Shown here: piece after piece, positions 48,981 to 62,011 of the stretch | How the letters are laid out: every line of letters begins with the position of its first letter | Position numbering within the stretch: position 1 is the stretch's first letter | Assembly (NCBI GenBank): GCA_032718475.1 | Contig: JAUCBJ010000933.1 | Span: forward strand, 1 to 64,000 | Reading direction: 5' to 3' | DNA length: 64,000 bases | Source: Nemertoderma westbladi | Lineage: Eukaryota; Animalia; Xenacoelomorpha | Made by a program: the position numbers and the translations under genes | Notes under the pieces: generated by a model | Databases searched by the model: none | Seen by the model: only the letters and a program-made list of their open reading frames with translations | Told to the model about the DNA's origin: nothing

Positions 48981-49827
48981 GCAGTACTGCTATAGGTACA
49001 ATGGCCAAATCTGGCAACCTCCTGACCTCTAAAGTTGCCACATATGGCAATGTTTATTGCCAAACACCAAATCTGACAACTTTTGGGTTTTCTAATTTTC
49101 GCACACCCAGAAGCAAAATCGCATTTTGGTAAATAGGTACAGAAATAGGTAAGTGAAAAGAGCGCGAAATTTAAATGTAATTGGGCGTTATAAGAAAAAA
49201 AATCATCGTCTGAATTTATCTTAACAATCTGACAATAGGCCGAAATGCAGAAATGTGCCTATAATAATTATTGCCATTTTTGGCAACCGTTAAATTAAAG
49301 TGAAATAATGCAGTAATGGTTGCCATTTTTGGCAACCATTATTAATTACTTTAAAATTGCTTACTGCTTCAGTGCTTGCTTACACTAGGCCTACACTACC
49401 GGTGATACATAATACGGTACCCGGGTACCGCGATACAGGGGATTAGATAACGTGTTTGGGGGCCTCCACATAATACAGTTGGCCTTATACTGTAATAGTA
49501 ATATAGGCCTACTGATATAAGTAACGACTTCATAAACCAATTGAAGGAAAGGACTGACAGACTGAAGGAGCACTGGAGCAGGCTGACAGGTTACAGAGGC
49601 ATACTTTTCTAACCAAAACAATAAACGGTCACTTTACCAATTGAGGGAAAGGAGCAGGTTACAGAACACTGCACCAGTACTGTACCTACTACTGTACAAC
49701 TACCGGTACTGAACTACCTACAGTACCGGTACAGTACAGATGGAGGCCCTGAAACACGCTAGTCCTCGATACAGGTACCAGGTACCGTACCTTAACCAGT
49801 ACACCAATAGGCCTAACTGCAGTACTG

Positions 49828-50241
49828 CAGTTAGGAACACTGGTCACTTTCTGGCTGAAGCTCAGCCAAAAATTGTCCACATATTTACAGCCAGAAAGTG
49901 TCCGTGCAGCCACTATTTGTCCTTCACAGGCTGCGATTATCTTTCCGGACATATTTTGGCTGTAACTCCAATAGTACTCAAAGCAGAAGCTGGGCACATT
50001 TTTATTTTTAATATTATGATAGTTATCCCAACGATGAGATTCTAATTCTCAAATTAATTTACACAGAATTTTATGGCGATTCTAATGGCATAATTTTTAG
50101 AATGCCAATGTTAAAATTTCACTGCCGGTTTTCAAATGAAATTTAGCATTGTTTTCTATGGAGAAATTTCACTCTGAGAGCGTTTTCCGCGGACACATTC
50201 TGGCTGTAAATTGGACATATTGTGACCAGTGTTCCTGACTG
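49828..50241. mobile_element. MITE ending ~190 bp upstream of the ARFRP1 start codon
   Basis: 20-bp TIR CAGTTAGGAACACTGGTCAC / GTGACCAGTGTTCCTGACTG with 1 mismatch; TACTG on both sides. Confidence 0.8.
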
Positions 50242-50427
50242 TACTGGTACAGTCAGACAGTAGGCAGGTAGGTCAAACTGTCCAAGTGTCCGGTCATATG
50301 TTCGCTATCGCTAAGATCAAAGGCAAAAGGATACCGAAGAAAGAAGTAAAATATTGAATACCGTCGTATCTCATATCGCACCGTATCGGTACCGCAGTAC
50401 CGGTACTACCGGTACCTAAATGCAATA

Positions 50428-51033
50428 ATGTACTCGTTAGTGTCTGGATTTGTCAGGTATGTTTTTCAAAAAGGCGAATATGCTGTTTTGATTCTCGGCC
50501 TAGACAATGCTGGAAAGACAACATTTCTGGAGCAATGCAAAATCCAATTTACCAAGGGCTACAACAAACACAGCCTTGAAAAGATAACGGCCACTGTTGG
50601 AATGAACATAGGAAAACTGCACGCTGCTGGGGTAAAACTCGTGTTCTGGGATTTAGGGGGGCAGGAAGAACTGCAAACATTGTGGGATAAATATTACGAT
50701 GAAAGTCATGCAGTTATATTTATGGTTGACTCGAGTGATATCGAAAGAATAGAGGAATCTAAAACCGCTTTTGAAATTATGATAGGGAATTCGTTGCTCG
50801 ATGGAGTTCCTTTACTTCTCCTCATAAACAAACAGGATCTGCCGGGGTGTTTGACGGTAGATCAAGTTAAAGACACTTTTAATACGGTGGCGCGAGGACT
50901 AGGCGCACGTGATGTTATGGTGGCTGGCGTTAGTGCGTTGACTGGGGCTGGAGTTTCCGACAATATTGACTGGTTAGCCGAGGCAGTAAAGCGCAACGAT
51001 ATTCGTCGCCCCGCTCGTCAACCTAAAATATGA
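50428..51033 (+). CDS. ARFRP1: ADP-ribosylation factor-related protein 1, single-exon CDS
   Basis: 201 aa; MYSLVSG N-terminus without myristoylation Gly2, GLDNAGKTTFLE, TVGMNIG, WDLGGQEELQTLWDKYY, NKQD, SALTG. Confidence 0.95.
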   Translation: MYSLVSGFVRYVFQKGEYAVLILGLDNAGKTTFLEQCKIQFTKGYNKHSLEKITATVGMNIGKLHAAGVKLVFWDLGGQEELQTLWDKYYDESHAVIFMVDSSDIERIEESKTAFEIMIGNSLLDGVPLLLLINKQDLPGCLTVDQVKDTFNTVARGLGARDVMVAGVSALTGAGVSDNIDWLAEAVKRNDIRRPARQPKI

Positions 51034-52123
51034 AATACATTTATATGAAGTTTGCATTTATTTTTCTTCATCGCCCCTGTCTTCTAAGTACAGCGGTTTG
51101 TTTAAAAGCGTCAATTATTGTGCTATAGTATCGTCTGTCTGTCAGACTGCTTGTTTTCAGCATTTATTGACCTGTCAGTACCGGTAGGGTCTGCTATGTA
51201 ATTTTGGGGAATTTCACATTTCGGTATCAGTGATTTTTATTCCTCTCAGGTTCCATTAGTGGCGGTCTTACGAATAACTGACATCGTCATGTATCGCTAA
51301 CCATAAGATGTCTTAAGGGTTAGGTTTTCATGATTTGTTTGTTTGGAGTTTAATTAATTGAATTAACAAAAAAAATTTTAATAATCGGTTAAATAATTAA
51401 TTGATATATAAATATTTTGTATATTATAATTAATATATTTTTTGGGGTCGGGTGTGTAATGGGAGGGAATTAATAATTTATTATATTGTATTATATTAGT
51501 TTATGTGCAGTGCATGATAGTACCGTAGTATGGAAGTATGGCATTAATTGCGGCAGGTTGAGAGTTATTTATATAATAGCCCCGTTATACAATATGTGGT
51601 GCAAAGCTTAAATTTATACAGAGATCGAGAGATCAGAGATATTATTTAATGTCTCTGTGGTTTAAATAGTCCCGCAAAATTTGATACTATTTAATTTTGG
51701 AATATTATATTAACGAAAATACGATTTCTGGGTATCTAACATTAATGATGGTTAGTTAGTTAGTTATTTCATCCACCCGACTTGCGTATTTCATCTATAT
51801 TTTATTTATTACTATTAAATGTTGTAGATGGATAAATACAATAACAAATAACTTAACTGTAGTTAATCTGATATAAAATTTTCCATTAAAATACATCATT
51901 TAGGTTTTGCAACTCCAACTAATTATTCATTACATTGTTTACTAATTAATTGTTAGTCAAAGAAATAACAGGATGGTGTTGTGAGTTTTTTACAAAAGTC
52001 TTTCGGTTTATTGAATACTTATAATTTGGGTTCAGTTCTATTTTAATTACTAAAGATAAATTTTCTCGTTGGGTGCCTTGCCTTGCGCTACTGGAAGAAG
52101 CTGAATATATCCGCAAACAAAGA

Positions 52124-52378
52124 ATGCCTCAGGGTTCCAAAAAACTCAAACCGCCGGCAAGTTTAAAACCGAGAAGTGGAGATCGCAAAGCTAAAAAAAC
52201 TATCGCCTTAAAGAAAGGAGCTAAATTTATCGCCCCAAAAAAGCAGAAAGCTGTGCACAGAAAAAAGATAGAGAAAACTATATCGAAGGTGATAAACAAG
52301 AAAATTAATGAAGAGATTGTTGGCCAAGCAGTCGCGTCGAAATCATCACTGACTATGGTTGGAAAGAAGGGTCGATAA
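52124..52378 (+). CDS. Small basic protein, Leydig cell tumor 10 kDa / C19orf53-like
   Basis: MPQG start, KKGAKFIAPKK core and INKKINEEI motif resemble this family; ATG at 52124 lies within the listed 52073 ORF. Confidence 0.75.
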   Translation: MPQGSKKLKPPASLKPRSGDRKAKKTIALKKGAKFIAPKKQKAVHRKKIEKTISKVINKKINEEIVGQAVASKSSLTMVGKKGR

Positions 52379-53689
52379 GATGGGGGGAGTGTCAAAGATA
52401 TATGGTGGTAGATTTGGAGAACGAAGCCACGATGGTTGTGGAATACCATTAGCGCCATAATGTTACTACCAACTACTCCATCTACTGGGATATAATTCGT
52501 AATTCTTGAAAAAGGGCTCCTTTTCCTAGATTGTACGACCATGACTCCTTAGTCGTTGAGCCAGAATTTTTATTTTCGATTTCAGTGTTTAGTTTATAAG
52601 CGTTCGTAAAAGCTCGATTTTCCTCCCTTGATTTACACCAGATATATATACCCCAGTTTTTCTTCAACTTTACTGTTATTATCTGATACTGATAGAAGGC
52701 TGGCTATGCTACAGTATGCAATGATTACAAACATGTAACACAATCTGAATCTCGTTGTAAAATAGCTGATAAAGTTGCATGGTTATGAATCTGCTCCAGG
52801 CTGTTTATTTGACATTCTGTCTTGAACACTTAAATATTTAATATTAGAAAAATGTTATTCCAGGTTGTTTGGCAATTGATCATTAAAAATAGCCTCACGA
52901 AATGCTAAAATAATCAACTTCATTCAACATTTCAGAATAATTGCAGTACGACTGGTGCAATATCAACGAAATCCTTCTTCATTGAAAGTAAAATAGAATC
53001 TCTACCATCTATATAGTTCGAAGCCAATAGTTATGTTACCATTTGGCTAAAAAATTATTTTGTCTTTTCTATTGATTTATGTAGAATCTCTAGAACGTAT
53101 TAACTTTTATTCCTAAAAATGGCCTCTATATTACCGACATCTGTAATCCATCAAAATTCAGCTACTCTAGAACGTCATAAATACAGGTACGGGAATTGGG
53201 TTCTACACTAAAAACACCGACATCCAGCACAGCATGAGACCAGGCGCCGGTGCAACTTACTCAGCCAACCAACCAATCGCAACTCAGTCTGAACTATATC
53301 CGATTAGCGATACGAGAGTCGACGCGTAGCCAGGTTCCATAAACCTGGAACTTCTTTTTTACGATTTCTCGATTTCCCTGACTTTCATGACGCAGCAATC
53401 CTTGCAGAACGTCGACTCGTTGCCGTTTTCCTTGACGAAGTCAGTCCGCCGTGCTCCCATCTCGATACACTCTACTCTTCTTGGGTTCTTATGTTGCTCT
53501 GATCAGCTATTTTGCGCCATGCGTTGGTTTTACCGGTTTCCCATGGGTTTGCGTGGTTATAGGTTTTGTATAGGTATAGGTATATTATAGGTATAGGTTT
53601 TGCGTGGTATAGCTCTGCAACCCGTGTGTATTGTTATGTAAAAGTAAAGTAAATTTTCTTCGGCCGTTAGGCCAGGGATTACGCACAAA

Positions 53690-53850
53690 GTCTGACGACT
53701 TTATTTCCAGTGCGGTCCCCCCAGAACTATACTCCCCAGAGGAAAGTCAGTACTCATTTAGGTACCATTTAAGGATGTAAGCCAGAGATGCTGGTCCTTC
53801 CAAAGCATTCGTGCCGAAACGAAAACTTCCCTGGCCCCCATGGTTGAACC
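53690..53850 (-). mobile_element. Degraded SINE-like fragment
   Basis: Minus strand B-box-like GTGGGTTCAACC followed by AAATGAGTAC...CTGGGG, similar in style to the SINE at 39431. Confidence 0.35.
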
Positions 53851-55634
53851 CACGAGCTCCGATCTTAATTTCCCTCTTGCACAAGCCCAGTTGTAAATCT
53901 CGGGGTTAGCGGGATATAAAGTTCTCGTATTATTTCCTTGATGTGAGAAGTTCTTTATATTTTCCTATTGGCTAAATAGTTAGTAATGGTAGCTGGTAGG
54001 TACTTTATACGTGTTCCATTATTCATTATAGGAGAGTAAGAATATACCAAACTTAAAGTCGGTAGTAACATTATGGCGCTAAAGGCATCCATTAACTATG
54101 GAATTAACAACTATTTAATTTTGGTATTGACGCCAGGGACAGGATACGGGTCGATACGAAAACGCATTTTGGTATTTCGTATCACAGTATTGAATTCGTA
54201 TCGAATTTCGTATTGTATCATAAAATTTGACTTCGTATCATAAAATACGAATAAATATTTTCTCATATTTTGTATTGTATTTTCGTATCTTAATATTTCG
54301 TAAATATTAATGTTATTAACAGTCAAATCAGAGATCATACCATTTATCGGCTACTAATCGCGCCTACAAGGAATTGATGTTATGATAAGGAATTCTAGTG
54401 AGATAATAATAGAAATACAACATTTATTTTGAAACAAAACATAGTGTTATATACTAGAATAAAACTTTTATTATTTTTCATAGTATTATTTTGACTTGGA
54501 AATTGAAGTTTTGAATTTTTTTCCATATTGGTCCATCAAATTCAAATTATTCCTTGACTAACATTTGTACATTATGCATAAAGTGGCATGGTATGGCAAC
54601 GCCTACTATTATTGGACCGTGTTTCATTACGTCCTTATGGATATTGTAGCCAGTAGACGTAAGGATAGGTATTTTTATTTACGTTTGTCCGCGACACCCT
54701 ATTTGGTATACCATTATGAATTTCAGCCCCGAAAAGTATTCAGCCCCGAAAGGTATTCAGATCCGAAAATTTAGAATTTTCGTTGCTTTTTTTTGTCATG
54801 CATTTCCCGTGCTCTAAAATGTACTACAGTATATTTAATCCCGCGTAACATTTCAAACGACAAATATTTGAAAAAACTGTTTCGATATTCAGAAAGCCCA
54901 GAAAATTCTGTATGCCATAGATACTACCCAAAAATCGACCATTCTGCAACTAACAAGACCCTTTCTCGCAAATAGTCACAAATTTTATTTGAAAATAAAA
55001 TGTGAAAATATTATTGAATTTTAGTTACTATTTTGAAGGAATGAAGCATACAACATCAGTAGGCCTACGCAGTTTGTGTAGTTGCTTACTGCTAGGCCTA
55101 CAAAGTAAATCACTTTTTTTATGCGTATTGTTATTGCTTATATTTGTTGCTATGGTAACATCAGCTGGTGGTGGGTAATTAACTATTTAGTTGTATATTA
55201 ATTATGTGCAATTCATGTTAAATAGAGTTTAATAATTATTAAGAAATTCTATTGGGGGTTGGTAGAGAATTCCATAACGTAGTAGAATGAATATAGAACG
55301 TGCCCTTGTCACCACGTTAATCATAATAAACTAGTTTCGGAATAATTTTTGTTACTATTGGTCAATCTTTTAAGATTTATTTCCTGAAAACCTATTTGCT
55401 GTTACCATAAAGGACACTAAGGTAGCCTACTGTATCAAAGTAGCCCCAATGGGTGGTGGGGCGAGTTAGATAATCAATTTTGGGTGAACTGAATATCTCA
55501 GAATTAATAGCATCGATGGATTCTTAAGATATGAAATAACCGGCATTCCAAGGTGTTAATGGGATTTTCAAATTACGTAAGACCACAAAAACGCTTGACG
55601 GCAACATTCTAATCCGGAGAAAAAAAACAATTCT

Positions 55635-55812
55635 AATAATAAGGCGAGTAGGTTAGAAGAAATCCCTCCAGCAGAGGAATAGAAAATAGCAACGCCGAAT
55701 AGTGAACAGATGTTTGCAATAGCAACCGGATGCTGAAAGGGAAAAGCCCATCAATTTGGACTAAATGTCAACTAAATCCCCTCACACCAAGGATACCTCG
55801 GTGTCAACAAAC
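55635..55812 (+). pseudogene. Old RTE fragment
   Basis: Diverged match to ~14842-15025 (AATAAGGCGAGT...GAAATCCC...AATTTGGACTAAA..TCAACTAAA). Confidence 0.65.
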
Positions 55813-56834
55813 TAGATCATTCTAGTGTTCGTTCTTAGCGTATTATTTAGTTATTAGCCAAGAACATTTTTCAATCAGACAAAAAGCAGACCGACTGACA
55901 TACCGCACCCCCCCCCCCCCCCCCCTTCCCTGTGTCACGTATGTCACAAAATTATAGGCATCCCCAACTCCTTGAAACATCAGGTCACTAAATTTATTAT
56001 TACATATTTTCAATTACATTATTTTTTAATAGCCCAATTTATTATTGTAAGAGAAAGCAATATATTCGTAGAGTATGAACAATATGAAATAATTATCATA
56101 GTGATATCATTACATATATTTCCTCCACATCTACCTACAGTTAGTAATGTATCTCTCTCTCTATATGAGCTTTACTCTATAGTAATAGCTCTGAAAACAT
56201 CGATATTATGCAGTGAAGGCATATGAAGAATAATATACTGCTTTAATAATATTTATTTATGTAGTTGGGCTAATGGGATATTCATAATAGTTGTTACAAA
56301 ATCGAAGGGTTCTTACACCCTTGGTGCAATTACCCATCGATTTTTTTGAAAATAATTGTCCATTGGCAATCCTTTACACACCACAGTGTAGCATTGCAAA
56401 TAGTAGTCCTAACCTATCATTACTGTCTTGCACTGTACTGTAGGTGCAATTGACAGTAATTTCTGTGCGGAATAATTCTAGGAATTAATGACGTTCAGGG
56501 AAAAATAGTAATCGTATGCAACCAATTTGTTCTTGAGATCATCGACCACAACCCAGCTGAAGAGCTGTTTATTGCCAAATTATTTTCTTATTTACTTATT
56601 TTTCGCTACGTATTTTCAATTTCAAAAATTTCACGAGAGCTACGCTTATCTTACGAAACTTTCAGTTTCTCCAATATATATATATCGTATCATATATATA
56701 GATGGACAATTTGTAGCCGCACTTGATTGTAATAAATTATCGGCGTTGCTTTCTCGCGGGGAAAGTTTGCTGCGTACCGATTCGAACCAGTGTAGGCCTA
56801 CTCTGTATACTTACAGCTCTGTTTCAGTTTTAAG

Positions 56835-58179
56835 CAGGCCCGTAGCCAGGATTTTTTAGTTGGGTAGGCGAGGCAATATCAGGGTAGGCAGGCGTAAATG
56901 TTAATTTGAATAAATTTTATAATAGATTTAATTGTATCAAGTAGGTAGAAAGCAAAACTACAGTAGGGTCTACAGGTCTACATGGAGTCCTCCATCAGTT
57001 CATCATTTGTATACAAAGCACAACATAAACAAGCGCGAAATCGCGCAGGTCCGCCTCTACCAGTCTACTAATCTAACGCATTAACTGTCTCTTTGAATGG
57101 CCTACTACCAATCTTACTACCATAAAAATTCACCGGAAAGTGGGATTGAACTCGATATGTAGGCCTCGAGATTCCAAGTCCAATGCTTTACCAAATTCGC
57201 CACTGCGCCGTATGAAGCTAAAATTATCTAAACTAAACTAAACTTGTATAAGACTCAAACTCTGCTGGAAATTAACAACAAGAACACCATAACACCAACA
57301 ACTGAGTGAATACTAGAGGTCTTGCTACGTGGAACTAAAAAAACGGGGGAGAGTTGCAGATAAACATACCTTTTATTGGTAATACATAACACACTCAACG
57401 GGTACATACAGTGGCTACATCATAAGCAGATTCTATTCTAACTGTCTAAGCAAAATACTGTATGTACCATTACAGGAGGGTTGGGTGCAACCTTCGCCCA
57501 CTTACAACCTTCGCCCGTGGCCAATCTTCGTCCGCGTCCAACCTTCGCCTGGGGGAACCTTCGCCCGCAAGGTAATCTTCGCCTGCGAGCAACCATCGCC
57601 CAATAAGATTTGTGTTAGAAACCATTTTAGTTACAAATTGAGGGAAAGGAGCAGGTTACAGAGACGGTTTTTTCTAAACAAACAAAAAACGATGTTGTTA
57701 CAAATTGAGGGAAAGGAGCAGGTTACAGAGACGACTTTTTCTCACCAAAACAACCATTGTTTAGTGGGCGAAGATTGCCTGTGGGCGAATGTTTCCGCCG
57801 GGCGGTAGTTGCTCATTTTGAGGGCGAAGATTGCCCGGGGCGAAGATTGGACGCGGGAGAAGTTTGCTGCGTACCTTACAGGGACCAGTGTTCGATGAAT
57901 GTAAGGGTGGAGTAGGCACTACTGTACTGTAGTAGTAGTAACAGTTGGCCTATGGAAGATATTATTAAAATGCAAGTAACTTACAATCTGAGCGTAATAT
58001 GTACCGGTGTTTGCTTTTACTACAAGGCTAATGTTTAAAGAAGACGCATGGAACCATAAAATGGTTGTGTAAAAATGTAAAATTATTAATGACGTAAAAT
58101 TTCTTTCAAAAATTGGGTAGGCGAGACCCACGTTTGGATAGGCGGCGCCTACCTTCGCCTTATACTGGCTACGGGCCTG
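56835..58179. mobile_element. hAT-like non-autonomous element with nested inserts
   Basis: TIR CAGGCCCGTAGCCAG / CTGGCTACGGGCCTG; 8-bp TSD GTTTTAAG at 56827-56834 and 58180-58187. Contains a minus-strand tRNA-like SINE head (~57130-57210) and a nested TIR element (~57478-57875). Confidence 0.9.
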
Positions 58180-59255
58180 GTTTTAAGCCTACTACTACAT
58201 GTACGAACACCCAAATACACACTCTGCCTCTATAGTTAGAAATGAGTTCCCTATAATTTTTTTCAATAAGTTACGTTCAAACACCAATATCATACTGTAC
58301 TTAGTGAAACATTTCCTTGATCTTTAGTTGGGCTACTTGTCTTAATCGACATTTACAATTTCTATAAGGAATTGTATGATAGCTATTGTACAATAATAAT
58401 TGAAGAATTGCTGTATCTTAGTAATTCAATGTTATTATCATTTGTTTTATTCCAATAACTAAAACAATAAGAAAATTAATATATATACAGTACAAGAGCA
58501 CACGTTACAATTTTCTATTTATAATTGTTAGATCACCACAATTTATTTACCTTATACTAAGTACAGCCATGTGGTATAATTAATTATTTTATTTCTTATG
58601 ATTTTTATTGAAATACTGAATTGAACACTGAATTTTAACAAGGAATGGATTAATTCAGTTTTTGAATAACAACTCCGTGGCATGGTAGTACGCGTGCTTG
58701 TCCAAGTTTGAATTGACTGAAACTTTGTAGCCATTTACTACAAAATAAGCTTAGCCTTGGATTCGATTTGCTAAACCTAAAGAGTAAATTATGTAGAGGT
58801 AAATAATTGGATTTCCGGTGTATATCAATTCCAGTGTATTTCCAATCAATATAATATTATGCAGAAGTGCAAATATTATAGGCTTACGTTTTTAATGACT
58901 TAATATTTACCGGCAATCAATATAATATGTAAATAAAATCCTAGCAAACAAACGGCAGCTGCAACAGAGGATCCAGTAGCCATATCAAATCATTGCATTT
59001 TATTACCGCATTCGTTGATGCATGAATATGACTTTACATACGATATTATGCACTTGCGCGGATATATCCCGCCCTTATTCCGTTATTGTTGTACTTGTTC
59101 CTTTGTTTCTTAGGGATGCTGCTGTTCAATATTGTATTGACAGTAAAATCTCGGCCACTGATGGCTACTGTACGAGCTGTTCACGCACCCTAATACCGAG
59201 TATTCATTCAACATAATAATGTGGTAGGTAAATAGTGTCTAATATAATACTACTA

Positions 59256-59900
59256 CTAGATAGTAAGTAGGCCTACTGTGGGGCGAGACACGTAGTCGGC
59301 GAGCCTTGGCATACGGTTCATATAGGGCAAATGGGGCATGTCCGTCTGTCTGTCTGTCCGTCCGTCTGTCTGGTAAATGTTTGAACGCGAATTTCTCTGC
59401 ATCGCTGGTTCGGAATTGAACCAAACTTAGTAGGTAAGTAGTAGAGAGAAAGTTTAGAAAGTTTGTAAAGTTTGGTGAAAAATCATGCAGTCTGACGTCA
59501 GCTACGACAGATTATGTAGTTTTTAGAAAATGTTAAATTTCTCGGGAAGGCCTCATTTTCCTGAGCTGAAATTTTGGTGGCCTGTAGAGAATCATAAAGT
59601 CTATCTTTTACGAAATTGAAAAGTTAAGACATTTAATTGGGGATCCGCTAGAGACTCAGAAGTAATGACATAGGCCTACCCGGTACGGTACTGCTGTACA
59701 GTGCTGCACTGGTAAGTACGAAATTGCAGAATAACAATTTGACACCACCTAGCGGATTAACATATGATTGTATATCGAATGAATACATTTATAGCATGGG
59801 ATATTGGGTCCAAACTAGACATGCCCCATTTGCTCTATATGAACCGTATGCCAAGGCTTGCCGACTACGTGCTGCGCGAAGTCCCCACGAACGTGTATAA
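59256..59900. mobile_element. Helentron/DINE-1-like non-autonomous element
   Basis: ~54-bp inverted repeats (59289-59342 and 59818-59871) with a (GTCY)n microsatellite right after the left arm. Confidence 0.65.
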
Positions 59901-61004
59901 TACCGGTACTGTAATAACTTTGTAAAATAGTTAGTAATATGCAGTGGCTGATTGCGGCAAATTATTTCCATTTTTTTATATTTTTCATCCGGATGAAAAA
60001 CATTTAAATGTTTAACTATTGACTTCCGATTACTATTTTGGTTTTAATAACGCTTTGACTTTGATATCATTAATTATGATATTGATATTACGTATATACT
60101 ATAACCTACTCCTTTCCCTTAATTAATAATTGACATGCTAATTATCCGAGACGAGATATTAATTCGCCGATATGGAGTAGCAGGATAATTTGCCCCTTGT
60201 GGAATCTGTCCCCACCGGCATAATCTCCTAGGAGATTATGTGCCCACAGTCTCATTCTCCTAGGATATCCCCCCCCCCCCCCCCCCGGACATAATCTCCT
60301 TTCTCCCTAATTTTTCAGCACACCACTCTGCCAGCTGCCTATACCAGTATTCGCCTATTTTGCAGTATTCTGGTATTGCAGTATTGACTATGCTGTTACT
60401 GTACCGTACTGCCTTTGTGCCTATTGCCTACCGGCTGATTTTGGGGACCGACCTTTTCAACCGTTTCCAATTGTCATTCTACAGCTGCGTACCGGGACCG
60501 GGCTGTTTTTTTGGTTATAGAGTGACTACTGACTGTCTGACCATGTGACTACTGACTGCCTGACCATATGGTTTCCCTCAATTGGTAAAGTGATCGTTTT
60601 TTGTTTTGGTTAGAAAAGCCCGCCTCTGTAACCTGTTCCTTTCCCTCAATTGGTAAAGTTGGCGTTTATTGTTTTGGTTAGAAAAGCCTGCCTTTGTAAC
60701 GTGCTCCTTTCCTTCAATTGGTATATATATATATAGGAATAACATTGAAATAATTTTAGATTTTATATAGGGGCCTAGTCATCTTTGCAATAAAGGCCTA
60801 CATGTATAAATATCCTGAACCAAAGATCATTTCACAGAACAGGGGGGTGGGGGCATAATCTCCTGAGATTTTGCCCGGGTGGGAATAATCTCCTAGGATA
60901 TTCTGGCTGGGTGGTCATCTAGTTTCCTACCCCACACCCCCCCCCCCCCCCCACACTCTGTTTATCTGTTTATGGTGCGGGGGTTGGGGTTGTTCAAACT
61001 TAAG

Positions 61005-62011
61005 GAGACAGGGGGGAAACTCGACGCAAAACCCGCCTTGGCGAATTAATATCCCACCTCAATGTTAAATTCTCAATTTAGGGAAAGGAGCAGGATACAG
61101 TGGCACGTTATTTTAACCAAAACAATAAACTAAACAAAATAGAACAGGTTACTATGAATATTAAAATTGGATTAGGCTACACAAATCGATCGATCATACA
61201 TTATTTAATATTCATAACAATATTAGTAATAATATAATATTAATAATATAATATTAATAATATGATATTAATAATGTAATATTAATAATATAATATAATA
61301 AATTTAATACTTGAATCTAAATCAAAAATCAGCTTTCGATATTTTATATATATAATGAAAATAAATAAATAAATAAAATAAATATAAGGTGTTCTGACGA
61401 TGTTACCCGGGTGATAAATTGGTTTTCACCCGGGTGATAAAATGTTTTTCACCTGGGTGAAAAATATTTAAAAATTGGAAATAATTGGCACTATTGCCAC
61501 CATATGCAAATATTTTATATATTATTATATAGTTATTATTTATATTAATGTTTAATAGTTAAGATACACCTCCATTCGAGGTAAATTATTATTCGAGGTT
61601 ATTCGACTCCATTCCCTGACCTCCATTCGAGGTATTATTTATATTAATAATATATACATATTATATCTAAATTTATTTTTTTATAATAAAACTACATATA
61701 TTCCGCACAAGTTAAATTATATACCGGTATATAATGATGTTTAATAGTACGGTTCTAATAATAGAAGGCCAGATAGGGGGGAAAACTGGACGCAATAAAA
61801 ATTTATCCCTCTCCAGGGGAAATTCGACTCAAATAACAGCTGATTACTCTCAAAAATAAAACTGTAACCTGTTCTATTGTATTTAGTTTATTGTTTTGGT
61901 TAAAATAACGTGTCACTGTAACCTGCTCCTTTCCCTAAATTGAGAATTTAACATTGAGGCGGGATATTAATACGCCAAGGCGGGTTTTGCGTCGAGTTTC
62001 CCCCCTGTCTC
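61005..62011. mobile_element. MITE with ~150-bp TIRs and AT-rich core
   Basis: GAGACAGGGGGGAAACTCGACGCAAAACCCGCCTTGGCG...AGAACAGGTTAC at 61005-61152 is mirrored at ~61864-62011; no TSD found. Confidence 0.9.

Noticed and set aside
52073-52123. GTG-initiated extension of the L10K-like ORF
   Set aside because: Family similarity starts at the ATG at 52124; the upstream non-ATG start comes from the ORF caller.
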